A DNA stretch of 64,000 nucleotides, from IMG/VR virus record IMGVR_UViG_3300036944_000561, positions 1 through 64,000 of that record; one strand, given 5' to 3'. The stretch comes from a virus. The notes beneath the pieces were generated by a model. The model was not told the origin of the DNA. It saw nothing but the letters and a program-made list of their open reading frames with translations, and ran no database searches. A program made the position numbers and the translations under genes. This document shows positions 30,123-39,580 of the stretch, one piece after another. The stretch's first letter is position 1; each line of letters begins with the position of its first letter.

Positions 30123-30252
30123 CTTAGAATGTTTTGAATGTGGTTTTGTGGCCAAAATTGATGCTGATGAAGATATTGTAGAATATTGCCCTTGTTGTGC
30201 TTCTACAGACATTGAATTAACCAATGATGAGGCCAATCCCGAAGAGGAATAG
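30115..30252 (+). CDS. Small zinc-ribbon protein (45 aa, absent from the ORF track)
   Basis: MLDLECFECG...YCPCCASTD...EEE*. Confidence 0.6.
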   Translation: MLDLECFECGFVAKIDADEDIVEYCPCCASTDIELTNDEANPEEE

Positions 30253-30256
30253 TTCA

Positions 30257-30264
30257 TATAAATA
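30257..30264 (+). promoter_or_regulatory. T4-type late promoter
   Basis: Exact TATAAATA upstream of the RuvC-like gene. Confidence 0.75.
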
Positions 30265-30293
30265 CCGGCATAATGTTTATATGGGATTTTCTC

Positions 30294-30896
30294 ATGATTT
30301 ATGCCGGTATAGATTTCTCAATGTCCAGTCCTTCAATATGTATCTGGAACAGTTCTACCCCTCTAAAATTCTCCAATTGCTTGTTCTTCAATTATGGTAC
30401 TTGGTCAAGATGTAAAGAATTGACCGGGATGCACCAAAATATCAGTATTCTAAAACAACCTTCATATTCATGTAATGAAGAACGATTTAAAAATATCGCT
30501 GATTGGGGTGAAGCCGTTCTTAGAAAATTCGGTGTCCAATCCGCCGCCATTGAAGGTTACAGCTATGGATCCAAAGGTAGTGTATTTGAGATAGGAGAAG
30601 CTACAGGAGCATTCAAACAAAGACTGTTCGTTATGAAAATTCCTTTCAACATTATCGAACCTAAAACGGCAAAGAAACATAACAGCGGAAACGGAAATGC
30701 TGGGAAGGATGTCCTGTATAATGCATTTACAACGCAAGAAGAAGTTTTTATTGAAAGTGTTCTCGGGTATGATTTAATTGACAATGAGGCGGTCATCAGG
30801 AAGCTTGAAACTCCATGGGAGTTGAAGCCAGTAGATGATATCATCGACTCATATTTTATTATGAAATGTCATCCAGACATTATAGGACTCAAATAA
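30294..30896 (+). CDS. RuvC-like Holliday junction resolvase
   Basis: YAGIDFSMSSP, AAIEGYSY, FEIGEATG, GNAGK, DDIIDSY. Confidence 0.85.
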   Translation: MIYAGIDFSMSSPSICIWNSSTPLKFSNCLFFNYGTWSRCKELTGMHQNISILKQPSYSCNEERFKNIADWGEAVLRKFGVQSAAIEGYSYGSKGSVFEIGEATGAFKQRLFVMKIPFNIIEPKTAKKHNSGNGNAGKDVLYNAFTTQEEVFIESVLGYDLIDNEAVIRKLETPWELKPVDDIIDSYFIMKCHPDIIGLK

Positions 30897-31159
30897 TGGC
30901 AGACTTTCCATTGATATTTGCTAACAGCCCATTTGAAACATTTATTGTGGAAGAATTGAAACTCGGTGTAGATGATCCAGAAGTTCTTCTACAAGAAGCT
31001 CGTGAAAAGTTTAAAGGTTCTGCTATCGATCTTCATAATATCCAAGCCGTGATGCGTTCCTTTGACCGGGGAACATATAGCAAGATGGAAAAAGAAATTT
31101 TAGATCGCAGGGCAAAAGAGAAAGCAGAACAAGAAAAGGAGAAAGAAAATGAAGACTGA
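30896..31159 (+). CDS. Hypothetical protein
   Basis: Start overlaps the RuvC-like stop (TAATG). Confidence 0.6.
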   Translation: MADFPLIFANSPFETFIVEELKLGVDDPEVLLQEAREKFKGSAIDLHNIQAVMRSFDRGTYSKMEKEILDRRAKEKAEQEKEKENED

Positions 31160-31436
31160 AATCATTTCGTTCTTCAATGAATATTCAATTTGGATATTTT
31201 CAATATTGGTTGCCAATATGACAGCATTGGTTATCCGGTATGGGATACAGATACTGACAATCGTAGTTTTGCGAGCTATTTCAATTTTCATTCTGGCAAG
31301 CGATCGTGACACGTTCACGGCATTAAGAAATAACGTGTTTGCCGATATTGAAAAGTTGCCAGCGGTGACATTTAGATTTTTCATATATTCTATCTTCAAT
31401 GCCTTATTGTGGTTGTCTATCTGTATCTATTATTAA
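31149..31436 (+). CDS. Small membrane protein
   Basis: Two or three hydrophobic segments in 95 aa. Confidence 0.6.
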   Translation: MKTEIISFFNEYSIWIFSILVANMTALVIRYGIQILTIVVLRAISIFILASDRDTFTALRNNVFADIEKLPAVTFRFFIYSIFNALLWLSICIYY

Positions 31437-31446
31437 GGACTGAACA

Positions 31447-31695
31447 ATGCCGTTATACAATTATCATTGTGATTCTTGCAATCATGATTTTGATAAACTC
31501 AAGAGAGTTGACGCCCGGTATGAGCCATGTCAGGATGCTTGCCCGAATTGCGGGGTATTTCACGTCCAATTGGTGATCGGTGCTCCTATGATCGTTTCAG
31601 GCGTTTCTGTAAAGGATAAAAGACCGGACGGTTGGAAAGATGTTCTTGGTAATATCAAGAAAGGTGCAGGAAAAACATCGACCATTGATGTATGA
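31447..31695 (+). CDS. FmdB-family zinc-ribbon protein
   Basis: MPLYNYHCDSC...CPNCG...PDGWKDVLGNIKK. Confidence 0.85.
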   Translation: MPLYNYHCDSCNHDFDKLKRVDARYEPCQDACPNCGVFHVQLVIGAPMIVSGVSVKDKRPDGWKDVLGNIKKGAGKTSTIDV

Positions 31696-31704
31696 GGCCA
31701 GATT

Positions 31705-31932
31705 ATGAAAATCATCGTTACTCCGGAACTCATCACCAATGAAGTGATAGAAACCGTTAGAAATGAAAAGTGTAATCTTTTATCTGCTCTTGAAACGGTG
31801 TTAGATAATCATGAAATCGAAATGGAGGATTGTGCTCCATTTATCACCCCGGCTCTACAAGCCAAATTAGAAGCGGAAGCTCAGGAATTACACTTGTTGA
31901 AGGAGAAGAATCGCACTAAAAAACTTTTTTGA
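31705..31932 (+). CDS. 33: Late transcription co-activator gp33
   Basis: LLSALETVLDNHEIE...ITPALQAKLEAEA..LHLLK; lies immediately before gp32. Confidence 0.75.
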   Translation: MKIIVTPELITNEVIETVRNEKCNLLSALETVLDNHEIEMEDCAPFITPALQAKLEAEAQELHLLKEKNRTKKLF

Positions 31933-31995
31933 TTGAATGAATGTTAAATACCATATGTATGTCCGATATTGACAAACAACTCAGAGGTAAAATCT

Positions 31996-33027
31996 ATGTC
32001 CAGTTTAATGGATCGCATGAAAAAGAATCGCGGTAAAACTGCCGAAGCCATCAAATCATCAATCAAGTCTGGTGGTTTTCAAAAAGATGAACGAATTTGG
32101 AAATATGGGTATGTGAAACACCCAACCAAAAAAGACAAAAAGGGCAATGCCTTGGTCTATTCCAATTCTGTGATTCGCTTCCTTCCAATATCTTTTGCTG
32201 ATTACAGAAAATCAGATGCTGGTGAATTGCCTGATGATGCGGTACTGACTCCAGTAGTTTGTGTCAAGTCTCATAATTTCAAAGGTCCAAATGGTGACCA
32301 GTATCGTGAATTGTGTCGTCAAACACTGGGCGAAGAATGTCCTGTCAATGAACACGATCGTCCATTGTGGGATAAATGGAAGGAAATGGGTAAGCCAGAC
32401 AACGATATGAAAAAGACATTAGTCGGTCGTATCGCTTCTGACGAATATTATGCCAACATCCTGGTAATCAAGGATGAAGCAGTACCCGAAAACGAAGGTA
32501 AAGTGTTCCTGTTCAAATTTGGCCGCGCAATCAACAAGATGATTGACGAGGCGTTTGATCCAGCAAATCCAACTCGGCCTTCATTCGACCCGTTCGACCC
32601 GTATACAGGCAAAGATCTGAATTTGTGGTTTGAAGGAGAAAATCGCAAATTTGGTAGCTTTGAAGGTTTAGTGCCAGTAGACATTCCAAAAGAAAGTACC
32701 TGGATTGACTCTCAACTGTGTGGCGGTGACGATGCCAAGATTGAAGAACTTCTTGAACAGGCGTATAGCTTACAAGATTTCATCAATCCGAACCAATTCA
32801 AGTCGTATGAACAATTGAAAGAACGATTGAAAGTAGTTCTCGGTCTGTCTGATGAAGAAGGGTTCAAAGAACCAGATACCCCAGTGGTGTCTCAATCTAA
32901 TTCAGCAGCTCCGGATACTTCTGTTCATGAAAATGACACCCCAGAGCAGAAAGCATCACCGACCGAAGAAGTTTCCGATGATGACATGGATGAATTCGCT
33001 CGAATGTTAGCAGAGCAGAGCATGTAA
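31996..33027 (+). CDS. 32: Single-stranded DNA-binding protein gp32
   Basis: DERIW, VIRFLP, CRQTLGEECPV, YANILVIKD, GKVFLFKFG, acidic tail. Confidence 0.93.
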   Translation: MSSLMDRMKKNRGKTAEAIKSSIKSGGFQKDERIWKYGYVKHPTKKDKKGNALVYSNSVIRFLPISFADYRKSDAGELPDDAVLTPVVCVKSHNFKGPNGDQYRELCRQTLGEECPVNEHDRPLWDKWKEMGKPDNDMKKTLVGRIASDEYYANILVIKDEAVPENEGKVFLFKFGRAINKMIDEAFDPANPTRPSFDPFDPYTGKDLNLWFEGENRKFGSFEGLVPVDIPKESTWIDSQLCGGDDAKIEELLEQAYSLQDFINPNQFKSYEQLKERLKVVLGLSDEEGFKEPDTPVVSQSNSAAPDTSVHENDTPEQKASPTEEVSDDDMDEFARMLAEQSM

Positions 33028-33032
33028 GATCA

Positions 33033-33058
33033 AAAAGAGCCTCAAGTGAGGCTCTTTT
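33033..33058. terminator. Bidirectional terminator
   Basis: AAAAGAGCCTC-AAGT-GAGGCTCTTTT between convergent genes. Confidence 0.88.
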
Positions 33059-33061
33059 CTT

Positions 33062-33991
33062 TTACAACAATCCATCAATCAAATTGGTCAATGATTGTTT
33101 GACATCACTCACAACATTAGTCGAAGTGTTGACCATGGTTTTCAATTTTCCGCCAGCCTTTGTCATTTCTGCAGCACTAAATCCAGATGATTGAGTCACA
33201 ACCGAGTTGATTGTAGAATATAGAGCAGCCGCTTCTCCGGTAAAGTTCCCTGCTTGAGCCTGCATCAATAACATACGAGTTGAATATGCTGCTTGTTCAA
33301 TATTTCCTGTTGTCAATCCTTCTACAATACCACCAATTGAACCAGGAAGAACCGATTGATTGGTATCTGTTATCGTACCTGTATCAACTCTCAAGAAAGC
33401 GAATGAAACATCCATGGAAGAACCTAGATCTGAAGACATTTTGTTCAATTGAATAGAACCATATGTCACCGGGTATGCTTCTATGATTTTGACCGCATAT
33501 ACGACGTTGTCCTGTTGATCTAGAGCGGATATTTCTACATCAACCATATAGTCCTCAGCATAACCAACCATTCGGCTCTGCTCGTTCACCTGAATAGCTT
33601 TCCAGCGATCAAAAATTTGTTTGACTAAGAAATCTTTTGGAACTTGGAATGTAAAGTTTAAGAAATCACGTTCAAGACCACTCACATATTTGAACGTGTT
33701 CCCGTTAATTTTCATTTCTTCAGTGGCAAGTTGCGTTCCCGGGAGATCGGTGGCTCTACAATAGAAATCTATCGAATGGTCGCCTTTGGAATTCATCCCT
33801 AATGCTATCAGACCATAATTGATAGCAGAACTCGCCCATGTTGGTATGATTCCGTTGTTGGTAGAGCTCTGGTTGTCGAGGAATGCTGCAACATCCTTTG
33901 GGAGAGGAATAGAAACTTTGAATCGGTTTACCCGATGAAGACCATACCGAATAAAATTGGCCTTCGTTTTTTCATATAGTTCGCCAGCCAT
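33062..33991 (-). CDS. 54: Baseplate tail-tube initiator gp54
   Basis: GLHRVNRFKV, CRATDLPG, IFDRW, EAYPVTYGSIQL; start set at MAGEL. Confidence 0.8.
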   Translation of the reverse strand: MAGELYEKTKANFIRYGLHRVNRFKVSIPLPKDVAAFLDNQSSTNNGIIPTWASSAINYGLIALGMNSKGDHSIDFYCRATDLPGTQLATEEMKINGNTFKYVSGLERDFLNFTFQVPKDFLVKQIFDRWKAIQVNEQSRMVGYAEDYMVDVEISALDQQDNVVYAVKIIEAYPVTYGSIQLNKMSSDLGSSMDVSFAFLRVDTGTITDTNQSVLPGSIGGIVEGLTTGNIEQAAYSTRMLLMQAQAGNFTGEAAALYSTINSVVTQSSGFSAAEMTKAGGKLKTMVNTSTNVVSDVKQSLTNLIDGLL

Positions 33992-34042
33992 TATAATTCC
34001 ACCGATTAAATAAAATAGACTCTTCATATTTAGGATTTGTAG

Positions 34043-34732
34043 ATGGCTTCCATTGATGACGATATCGAACAAGGATTGATTTTAGATACCGAAAAAGATG
34101 GTCCAGAGATTGTTCGTCGGTACATTAAGAAGTATCGGGAATATTTCGGACCAAATGCCAAACGAAACATTGCGCGTTCCAACAAATGGTTCATGCGCCG
34201 GGTGAGTCGCGACAATAAAATATCGAAAGACCGAGCATTCTTTCAGTTTATGGAAAGTTTCAACAAAAGAGGCTTCAAAGATAGAGGTTTAATCGGAAGA
34301 ATGTTCTTGTTCAAATATGAAGCCAAATGGGGTGAAGTCCTTCCAGTTTGGGATAGGAACCCATTGGTCTTTTTCTTCGGATCCTTCGTAGGAAATGGAG
34401 AATACGGTGAAAATGGAGTTCTTTATCTTCAGGGAATCGCGGTGCACTACCTTCCAGCTGCGCTTAGATTGAAATTGTTTACTGCTCTTTTGAGATTCAA
34501 CAATGACACAGCTTTGCGAGAAAAATCTAAATTGAAACTCAGTTGGCAGATTTTGAAAGGATTCTCACAAAGTGAACTAGCCAAGCATTGCGTTAAGACA
34601 TATCGAGCCGATCACATACAATCAAGATTGATCGAAATCAATAGTAGATATTGGGAAATAGTTTTATTTCTCAACTTACAAAATTTCGCGAAAGGGAGCA
34701 ATTCTCTGGCTTGGAAGGGTGTTAAGAAGTAG
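34043..34732 (+). CDS. 2: DNA end protector protein gp2
   Basis: IGRMFLFKYEAK, LPVWDRNPLVF, GIAVHYLP...LR, CVKTYRADHIQS. Confidence 0.92.
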   Translation: MASIDDDIEQGLILDTEKDGPEIVRRYIKKYREYFGPNAKRNIARSNKWFMRRVSRDNKISKDRAFFQFMESFNKRGFKDRGLIGRMFLFKYEAKWGEVLPVWDRNPLVFFFGSFVGNGEYGENGVLYLQGIAVHYLPAALRLKLFTALLRFNNDTALREKSKLKLSWQILKGFSQSELAKHCVKTYRADHIQSRLIEINSRYWEIVLFLNLQNFAKGSNSLAWKGVKK

Positions 34733-34733
34733 C

Positions 34734-34793
34734 TTTACTTCCTTTTCAAATCATATTATCATGGTACGCAATTCAACCCAAGAGGATAGTACC
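34734..34793 (+). promoter_or_regulatory. Early promoter module (repeat family)
   Basis: TTTACT-17-TATCAT-GGT, then AACCCAAGAGGATA RBS box. Confidence 0.75.
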
Positions 34794-35240
34794 ATGATCA
34801 TCAACAACATAATTTCAACTCAAACTCATATCGAAACAGAACTCCAACGCATTCTGATATCTACTGCTGCTCTTCATTTCGTAACCGAAGAAGACGAGAT
34901 TTCTCAACGGATGAAGCATGCGATATATTCTGATTTTCCAGTTTTGAAAAAATGGGCTGGAATAATTTTCGAAGCCGCTAACTGGGGACAAGCGTATATA
35001 CAGTTTAATGATTCTAACGAATATCTAAAATTCTCCGAATCTGAAGACAAGGAACAAATCTGCGAATTTCTAAACCAACTGGGATTCGTTTCCATTTGTG
35101 AGGCATTGACGACAAAAACTTTTGTAATCTATGCCACTCCTTCTTATACTATACGTCATAAGGCAAAAGATTTTGATTTGTTTGAAAAACTTACTGACAA
35201 ACAGTATATTGAGCATTTTGGTATAATGAAATGGGCATAA
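34794..35240 (+). CDS. Early hypothetical protein
   Basis: ATG after the conserved RBS box; 148 aa. Confidence 0.65.
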   Translation: MIINNIISTQTHIETELQRILISTAALHFVTEEDEISQRMKHAIYSDFPVLKKWAGIIFEAANWGQAYIQFNDSNEYLKFSESEDKEQICEFLNQLGFVSICEALTTKTFVIYATPSYTIRHKAKDFDLFEKLTDKQYIEHFGIMKWA

Positions 35241-35243
35241 TTT

Positions 35244-35468
35244 ATGGACTGTAATTGTGGGGGCATTATTTCAACCACTCATGAAGTAATGACTTCGGCT
35301 GAAGCCAATGAGAAATTTCCCGGACAACGAACCAACATTCCCCAAGGATACAAAAAGATGTTGGTTCGTTGGGGTGTTTGCAATTGTTGTACTCGCCTGG
35401 GATTATATATCAATCCGTTGGTCAAGGGTGAGAAAACCAGATCAATTTTCAACTTTGTAAAAAGGTAA
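35244..35468 (+). CDS. Small Cys-containing hypothetical protein
   Basis: CNC and CNCC motifs in 74 aa. Confidence 0.5.
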   Translation: MDCNCGGIISTTHEVMTSAEANEKFPGQRTNIPQGYKKMLVRWGVCNCCTRLGLYINPLVKGEKTRSIFNFVKR

Positions 35469-35474
35469 TCGATT

Positions 35475-36911
35475 ATGTCAGATTTCGTCTACACTGCAAT
35501 AAAGACCATTCAAGAAGCCAAAGGAAAGGAAAAACTCACCTTTGTTAGAAGTTTGGTTGAAACTTCTTCCCCAGAAGATATCGAAGAACTGAAAACATAT
35601 CTCAAATATGTCTATGGAACAGAAAACTGGTATCAGACTCAACTCAACATTCCTAAAGCGGGTGAAACCAAATCGAACAATTTGTTCGCAATGGGTAAGA
35701 AGAAACTGACCGTCAATCAGGCCATCGAAGAATTCTTATCGGGAACTCGCCGGGGAAATACCGGGGCTTCTCGGCTTTCTGAGATCGCTTCTCGCTGTAC
35801 CGATGACAATCAGCGTGAATTGTTACAGCTGGCACTTTGGCATGACCTGAAGGCAGGATTCGCTCCAAAGAGCATCAATAAAGTTTTTGACAATCTGATT
35901 TTCATTCCACCATATCAAAGACTTTCAACATTAGACAAAGGGAATCACTGGGGATGGGACTGGACGACAGGCGTCGCCGTTCAGAACAAAGAAGATTGCA
36001 TGTTTGGGAATTTGATTTTGAGACGGAAAGGAAATAGTGCCCTCTATAGCAGAAACTTCAATCTGATTGATTCAGAATCCATCAAATCATTGACCAAATA
36101 TTCTGAAGTTTTCTGTAATGAAGTGTATGGTGGTGACGTGGTGGTGATGGGTGAATTGATCGTGTTAGACCCTGAAGGAAAACCATATTCCCGTGAACAA
36201 AACAACGGATACATCAACGGGGTAATCCAGACTGGCGAAGAATTACCAGAAGGAACAAAACTGACTATGAAATGTTGGGATTGTGTTCCATATACGGACT
36301 TCATTGCTGGTCGGTGTGAAATTGATTACAAAACCCGTTTGGGCGATCTACAGTGTGCTTTGGAAATGTCTGGTGGTAATGAACTTCAGATGGTATACAC
36401 CGAAATCGCTCATTGTATTGAAGATGTTCGTTCGTTGTTTTCGAAGGTTGTTAGTGGCCGGGGTGAAGGGGTGGTCATCAAGAACCCTTGGGGAATTTGG
36501 GAAAATTGTGATGCCGGGCATGTTGATGCAGTGAAAGTGAAAGTTCAAATGGACTCTGTTGAACTGAAAATTGTTGGCATCAACGAAGCCGACGAAAAAT
36601 CTCGCCATGTCGGGACATTTGCCAGCTTACAATGTGAATCTGAAGATGGGTTGGTGGTGACTGGGGTAGCTGGGATGACTGATGCCATGCGTGATGAAAT
36701 AAATTCCCATCGTGATTACTATATGGGAAAAGTTATTTCAGCTCGTTGCAATGGTATCCAGTACAATCCTCAGGCACCCCATTCTCTATATTTTGCTCAA
36801 TTTGTAGAAGTTCGAACAGATAAAACAGTGGCCGATACTTTTGAAAGAATCGAATCTATTCAGAAGTCGGCAATCGAAAGCAAGATTATGAGCAAGGAGA
36901 ACGGGAAATAA
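35475..36911 (+). CDS. 30: ATP-dependent DNA ligase (gp30-like)
   Basis: QNKEDCM (motif I), GELIV, WDCV, EGVVIK, KVK, OB-fold C-terminus. Confidence 0.92.
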   Translation: MSDFVYTAIKTIQEAKGKEKLTFVRSLVETSSPEDIEELKTYLKYVYGTENWYQTQLNIPKAGETKSNNLFAMGKKKLTVNQAIEEFLSGTRRGNTGASRLSEIASRCTDDNQRELLQLALWHDLKAGFAPKSINKVFDNLIFIPPYQRLSTLDKGNHWGWDWTTGVAVQNKEDCMFGNLILRRKGNSALYSRNFNLIDSESIKSLTKYSEVFCNEVYGGDVVVMGELIVLDPEGKPYSREQNNGYINGVIQTGEELPEGTKLTMKCWDCVPYTDFIAGRCEIDYKTRLGDLQCALEMSGGNELQMVYTEIAHCIEDVRSLFSKVVSGRGEGVVIKNPWGIWENCDAGHVDAVKVKVQMDSVELKIVGINEADEKSRHVGTFASLQCESEDGLVVTGVAGMTDAMRDEINSHRDYYMGKVISARCNGIQYNPQAPHSLYFAQFVEVRTDKTVADTFERIESIQKSAIESKIMSKENGK

Positions 36912-36914
36912 CAG

Positions 36915-37424
36915 ATGAACATCTTCCGTAAACAACAACGTCAACAAGCGTTGAAGAATATTGAAATTTCTTCGGATGATATGTTGGACCTCTATCGGCT
37001 GTACAAGTCGATAGAGTTATATCTCATCGGTGATTACGATTATCTGAAATACAAACGATTGAAGAATCTAACAAAAGATTCATTCGCAAAGGAATCGGGT
37101 GACCTGAAGCTGGCGGTTCGTGCCTTGAGCCTTTCTCATCGACGTTCAGACCAATTATTATCAATGCAACGGTGTATCTTAGTGGCTTTGCATTATCTAG
37201 TGCGAGACACTCCTAGGGAAAAGACTGCTAGGTGCACCATTTACGATTTCAATAATGTAAGTGGGAGTTCAATTTTTATCAACAACTTCCCGGTCAATGA
37301 AATTTTCATAGTGGAAAACATTGACATTATGTCATTCGAATTTGGCGTGGTTCAAAAAGCCGAACTCCTTTGCACATGGGTGAAGTCTTTCGACAAAACG
37401 ACGAATGAAAATTTCTTCAAATAA
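36915..37424 (+). CDS. Helicase loader gp59-like
   Basis: LYRLYKSIELYLIGDYDYLKYK resembles the gp59 N-terminus; shorter than T4 gp59. Confidence 0.6.
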   Translation: MNIFRKQQRQQALKNIEISSDDMLDLYRLYKSIELYLIGDYDYLKYKRLKNLTKDSFAKESGDLKLAVRALSLSHRRSDQLLSMQRCILVALHYLVRDTPREKTARCTIYDFNNVSGSSIFINNFPVNEIFIVENIDIMSFEFGVVQKAELLCTWVKSFDKTTNENFFK

Positions 37425-37426
37425 TA

Positions 37427-37480
37427 GTTTACTTGACTTTCAAAAAGATTATAATGGTTTCCATTGAGGCAGCATCACCG
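37427..37480 (+). promoter_or_regulatory. Early promoter module lacking RBS and ORF
   Basis: GTTTACTTGACTTTCAAAAAGATTATAATGGTTTCCATTGAGGCA, near-identical to 43425-43469. Confidence 0.85.
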
Positions 37481-37495
37481 ACTTTTGTATTCCAG

Positions 37496-37520
37496 AAAGC
37501 CTCTATCGAGAGGCTTTTCC
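37496..37520 (+). terminator. Rho-independent terminator
   Basis: AAAGCCTCT-ATCG-AGAGGCTTT followed by TCCTTTT. Confidence 0.8.
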
Positions 37521-37574
37521 TTTTCTTTAAATAGTGAATAATACCTCATTATGTACACTTCAGAAGGAACCATC

Positions 37575-39491
37575 ATGAACGAATTATCTAAGATTGAAGC
37601 TCTTGTCGAAGAGTTTGCACCTTTGAAGAATTTTGGCTTTACTCTCAGCGAAGCCTTCAACGGCGAAACATATCCATTGGATGAGAAGATTATGAAATCC
37701 CCGACGGATATTCAATATATTTTCTCTGACGAAGAAGGTCAAAAATATCGCCTTCAAGTCATGACGTCTCCAAAATTTGGTAAAGGTGTTGCGAAAATCT
37801 ATGTTGGTAAAAATGTGTCTGGTCGGACCTATAAAGATAAGATCGACAAATTCACCAATGCGCCAAAAATGATCGCTACTATTCTGAAGTTGTTTGACGA
37901 CCATCTTCGTACACCAGAAGGTATGAAACTCAATGGTTTCATCATCGACTTATCTGGGGCTGCCGCTGTTCGAGCCGTTCCATTGATGAAGAAAGTTATC
38001 AATTCCACACTTCGTTCAAAAGTGAAAATCGCAGCTGACTTTGACCCGGTACAAGGTCGTCGATATATTTGGGCATACAAATCAACTTTGACTGCTGGTC
38101 AAGTATTCAATGGTGTTGGTTCCGAAGGTGCCCCGTGGTGGGAAAAGGGCGAAAAGAAAGAAGATTCGGCTGTAGAACAGAAATCTAAAAAAGACAAACA
38201 GATAACCCAAAACAATACTACAACCCAATTGAAAGATGTAATCGAAATTGCAAACGCAATAACAGACGAGATAAATTCTAGTCAAGATTTCTCATCGGTA
38301 AAAATTGGTTCAAATGTTTCTTCGAAAAAAGTCCCGGTAAATTCAGAACATAACAAATTCGCTATCAATTTTATTATAGCCGGAGTAACAGTACATTCAG
38401 TTGATGTAGAATTCACAGCAACTGATGCCCATGCTTGGTTCAAAGATAGCGAAATAAAGAAAATTACAAAAGATGCCGTGAAAGCCTCTCAACCATTTTT
38501 ATTGAAAATAAAAGAACGAAAAAATACAGAATTTCTTGAAACAAGAAAGAAACTGTATGACGAAGCGATCCCCGGGATTGAAGAATATCTGAATAAGCTG
38601 TATCCAGATCATAACATTTCTGTCAAATATGATAGAAGATTTAATGATCCGAAAGATGATATGTACACTGCTACGATAACTGTAGACGGGAAAGAATTTG
38701 CAAATACTGTCATTTTCATTTCATATCCTGCTTCATCCAATGGTTCTGCTGCTCAGTTGTCTCTAGAGAAAGCGGGGATACGAAATATTCCTAAGATTAA
38801 AAATGATGCGACCGGGGAAGGAAAAATAAAATCGGATATTCAGAAAACAAATGGAAATTCCGGTAAAACGTTGTCCTCCTCAGCGATCATCGCATTTTTC
38901 TTGAATTCAAATAGTCTAGATGTTTCGAAAAAGATTACCGAAAGTCTTCTTTCTTCCGGATTCAAAAATATTCATTTTGGAACTTCGAATGGTTCATCTA
39001 AAGTTTTAGAATCAACGACAAAGGCTGGATCTATTTTCAGAGTATCTAGTTCTCTAACTTGCACCATATCTTCTTTTGATAAAAAGATTAATTTAGGTCC
39101 TTATGATGTAGATTTTAGAAATACTTTTAAAGATTTCTATGAAGGTTCAGCTTGGTTTGATTATATCGACCCAGCGTATATTCTTCCTGAATATTTGAAA
39201 AAGGTTGCTAATAAATATGGGGTAGAATTTGTCAGTATTAGCGTGTTGAATGATATTGACTGGATGTTCAGAATGAAGTTCAAGGTCGACAACAGAGAGG
39301 CGATATTAAATTTTGGAGGCCAAAGTGACTTAGAATTGTATTTTGATTTTACTGGTAGTAAAGCATGGACTTCCCGCAGCTTTTTTGGTTCTGGTAATCC
39401 GGCAGATGACATACCTCATTTCTTTAGAGACACCCTTCCGGAACTTCTTGTATCCGCTTATGAGCAAGCGGGTATTACTCCAGGAACATAG
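37575..39491 (+). CDS. Probable virion-internal protein: conserved N-terminal domain plus variable C-terminal region
   Basis: TLSEAF gp21-type site; TTTAAATA late element at 37526-37533; N-terminus recalls Ackermannviridae/Alt-like head proteins (recognition only). Confidence 0.55.
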   Translation: MNELSKIEALVEEFAPLKNFGFTLSEAFNGETYPLDEKIMKSPTDIQYIFSDEEGQKYRLQVMTSPKFGKGVAKIYVGKNVSGRTYKDKIDKFTNAPKMIATILKLFDDHLRTPEGMKLNGFIIDLSGAAAVRAVPLMKKVINSTLRSKVKIAADFDPVQGRRYIWAYKSTLTAGQVFNGVGSEGAPWWEKGEKKEDSAVEQKSKKDKQITQNNTTTQLKDVIEIANAITDEINSSQDFSSVKIGSNVSSKKVPVNSEHNKFAINFIIAGVTVHSVDVEFTATDAHAWFKDSEIKKITKDAVKASQPFLLKIKERKNTEFLETRKKLYDEAIPGIEEYLNKLYPDHNISVKYDRRFNDPKDDMYTATITVDGKEFANTVIFISYPASSNGSAAQLSLEKAGIRNIPKIKNDATGEGKIKSDIQKTNGNSGKTLSSSAIIAFFLNSNSLDVSKKITESLLSSGFKNIHFGTSNGSSKVLESTTKAGSIFRVSSSLTCTISSFDKKINLGPYDVDFRNTFKDFYEGSAWFDYIDPAYILPEYLKKVANKYGVEFVSISVLNDIDWMFRMKFKVDNREAILNFGGQSDLELYFDFTGSKAWTSRSFFGSGNPADDIPHFFRDTLPELLVSAYEQAGITPGT

Positions 39492-39508
39492 TAGTTTATA
39501 ATTGATTT

Positions 39509-39540
39509 AAACCCCTCAATTTTCAGAGGGGTTTCTTTTT
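39509..39540 (+). terminator. Rho-independent terminator
   Basis: AAACCCCTC-8 nt-GAGGGGTTT followed by CTTTTT. Confidence 0.85.
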
Positions 39541-39580
39541 GAATAAATACTTCTATTGGTAACAATGAGAGGTACATGAA

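Noticed and set aside
36915-37424. gp59 truncated by the adjacent promoter module
   Set aside because: It is shorter than T4 gp59 and its stop abuts the module, but without homolog alignment truncation cannot be told from natural length
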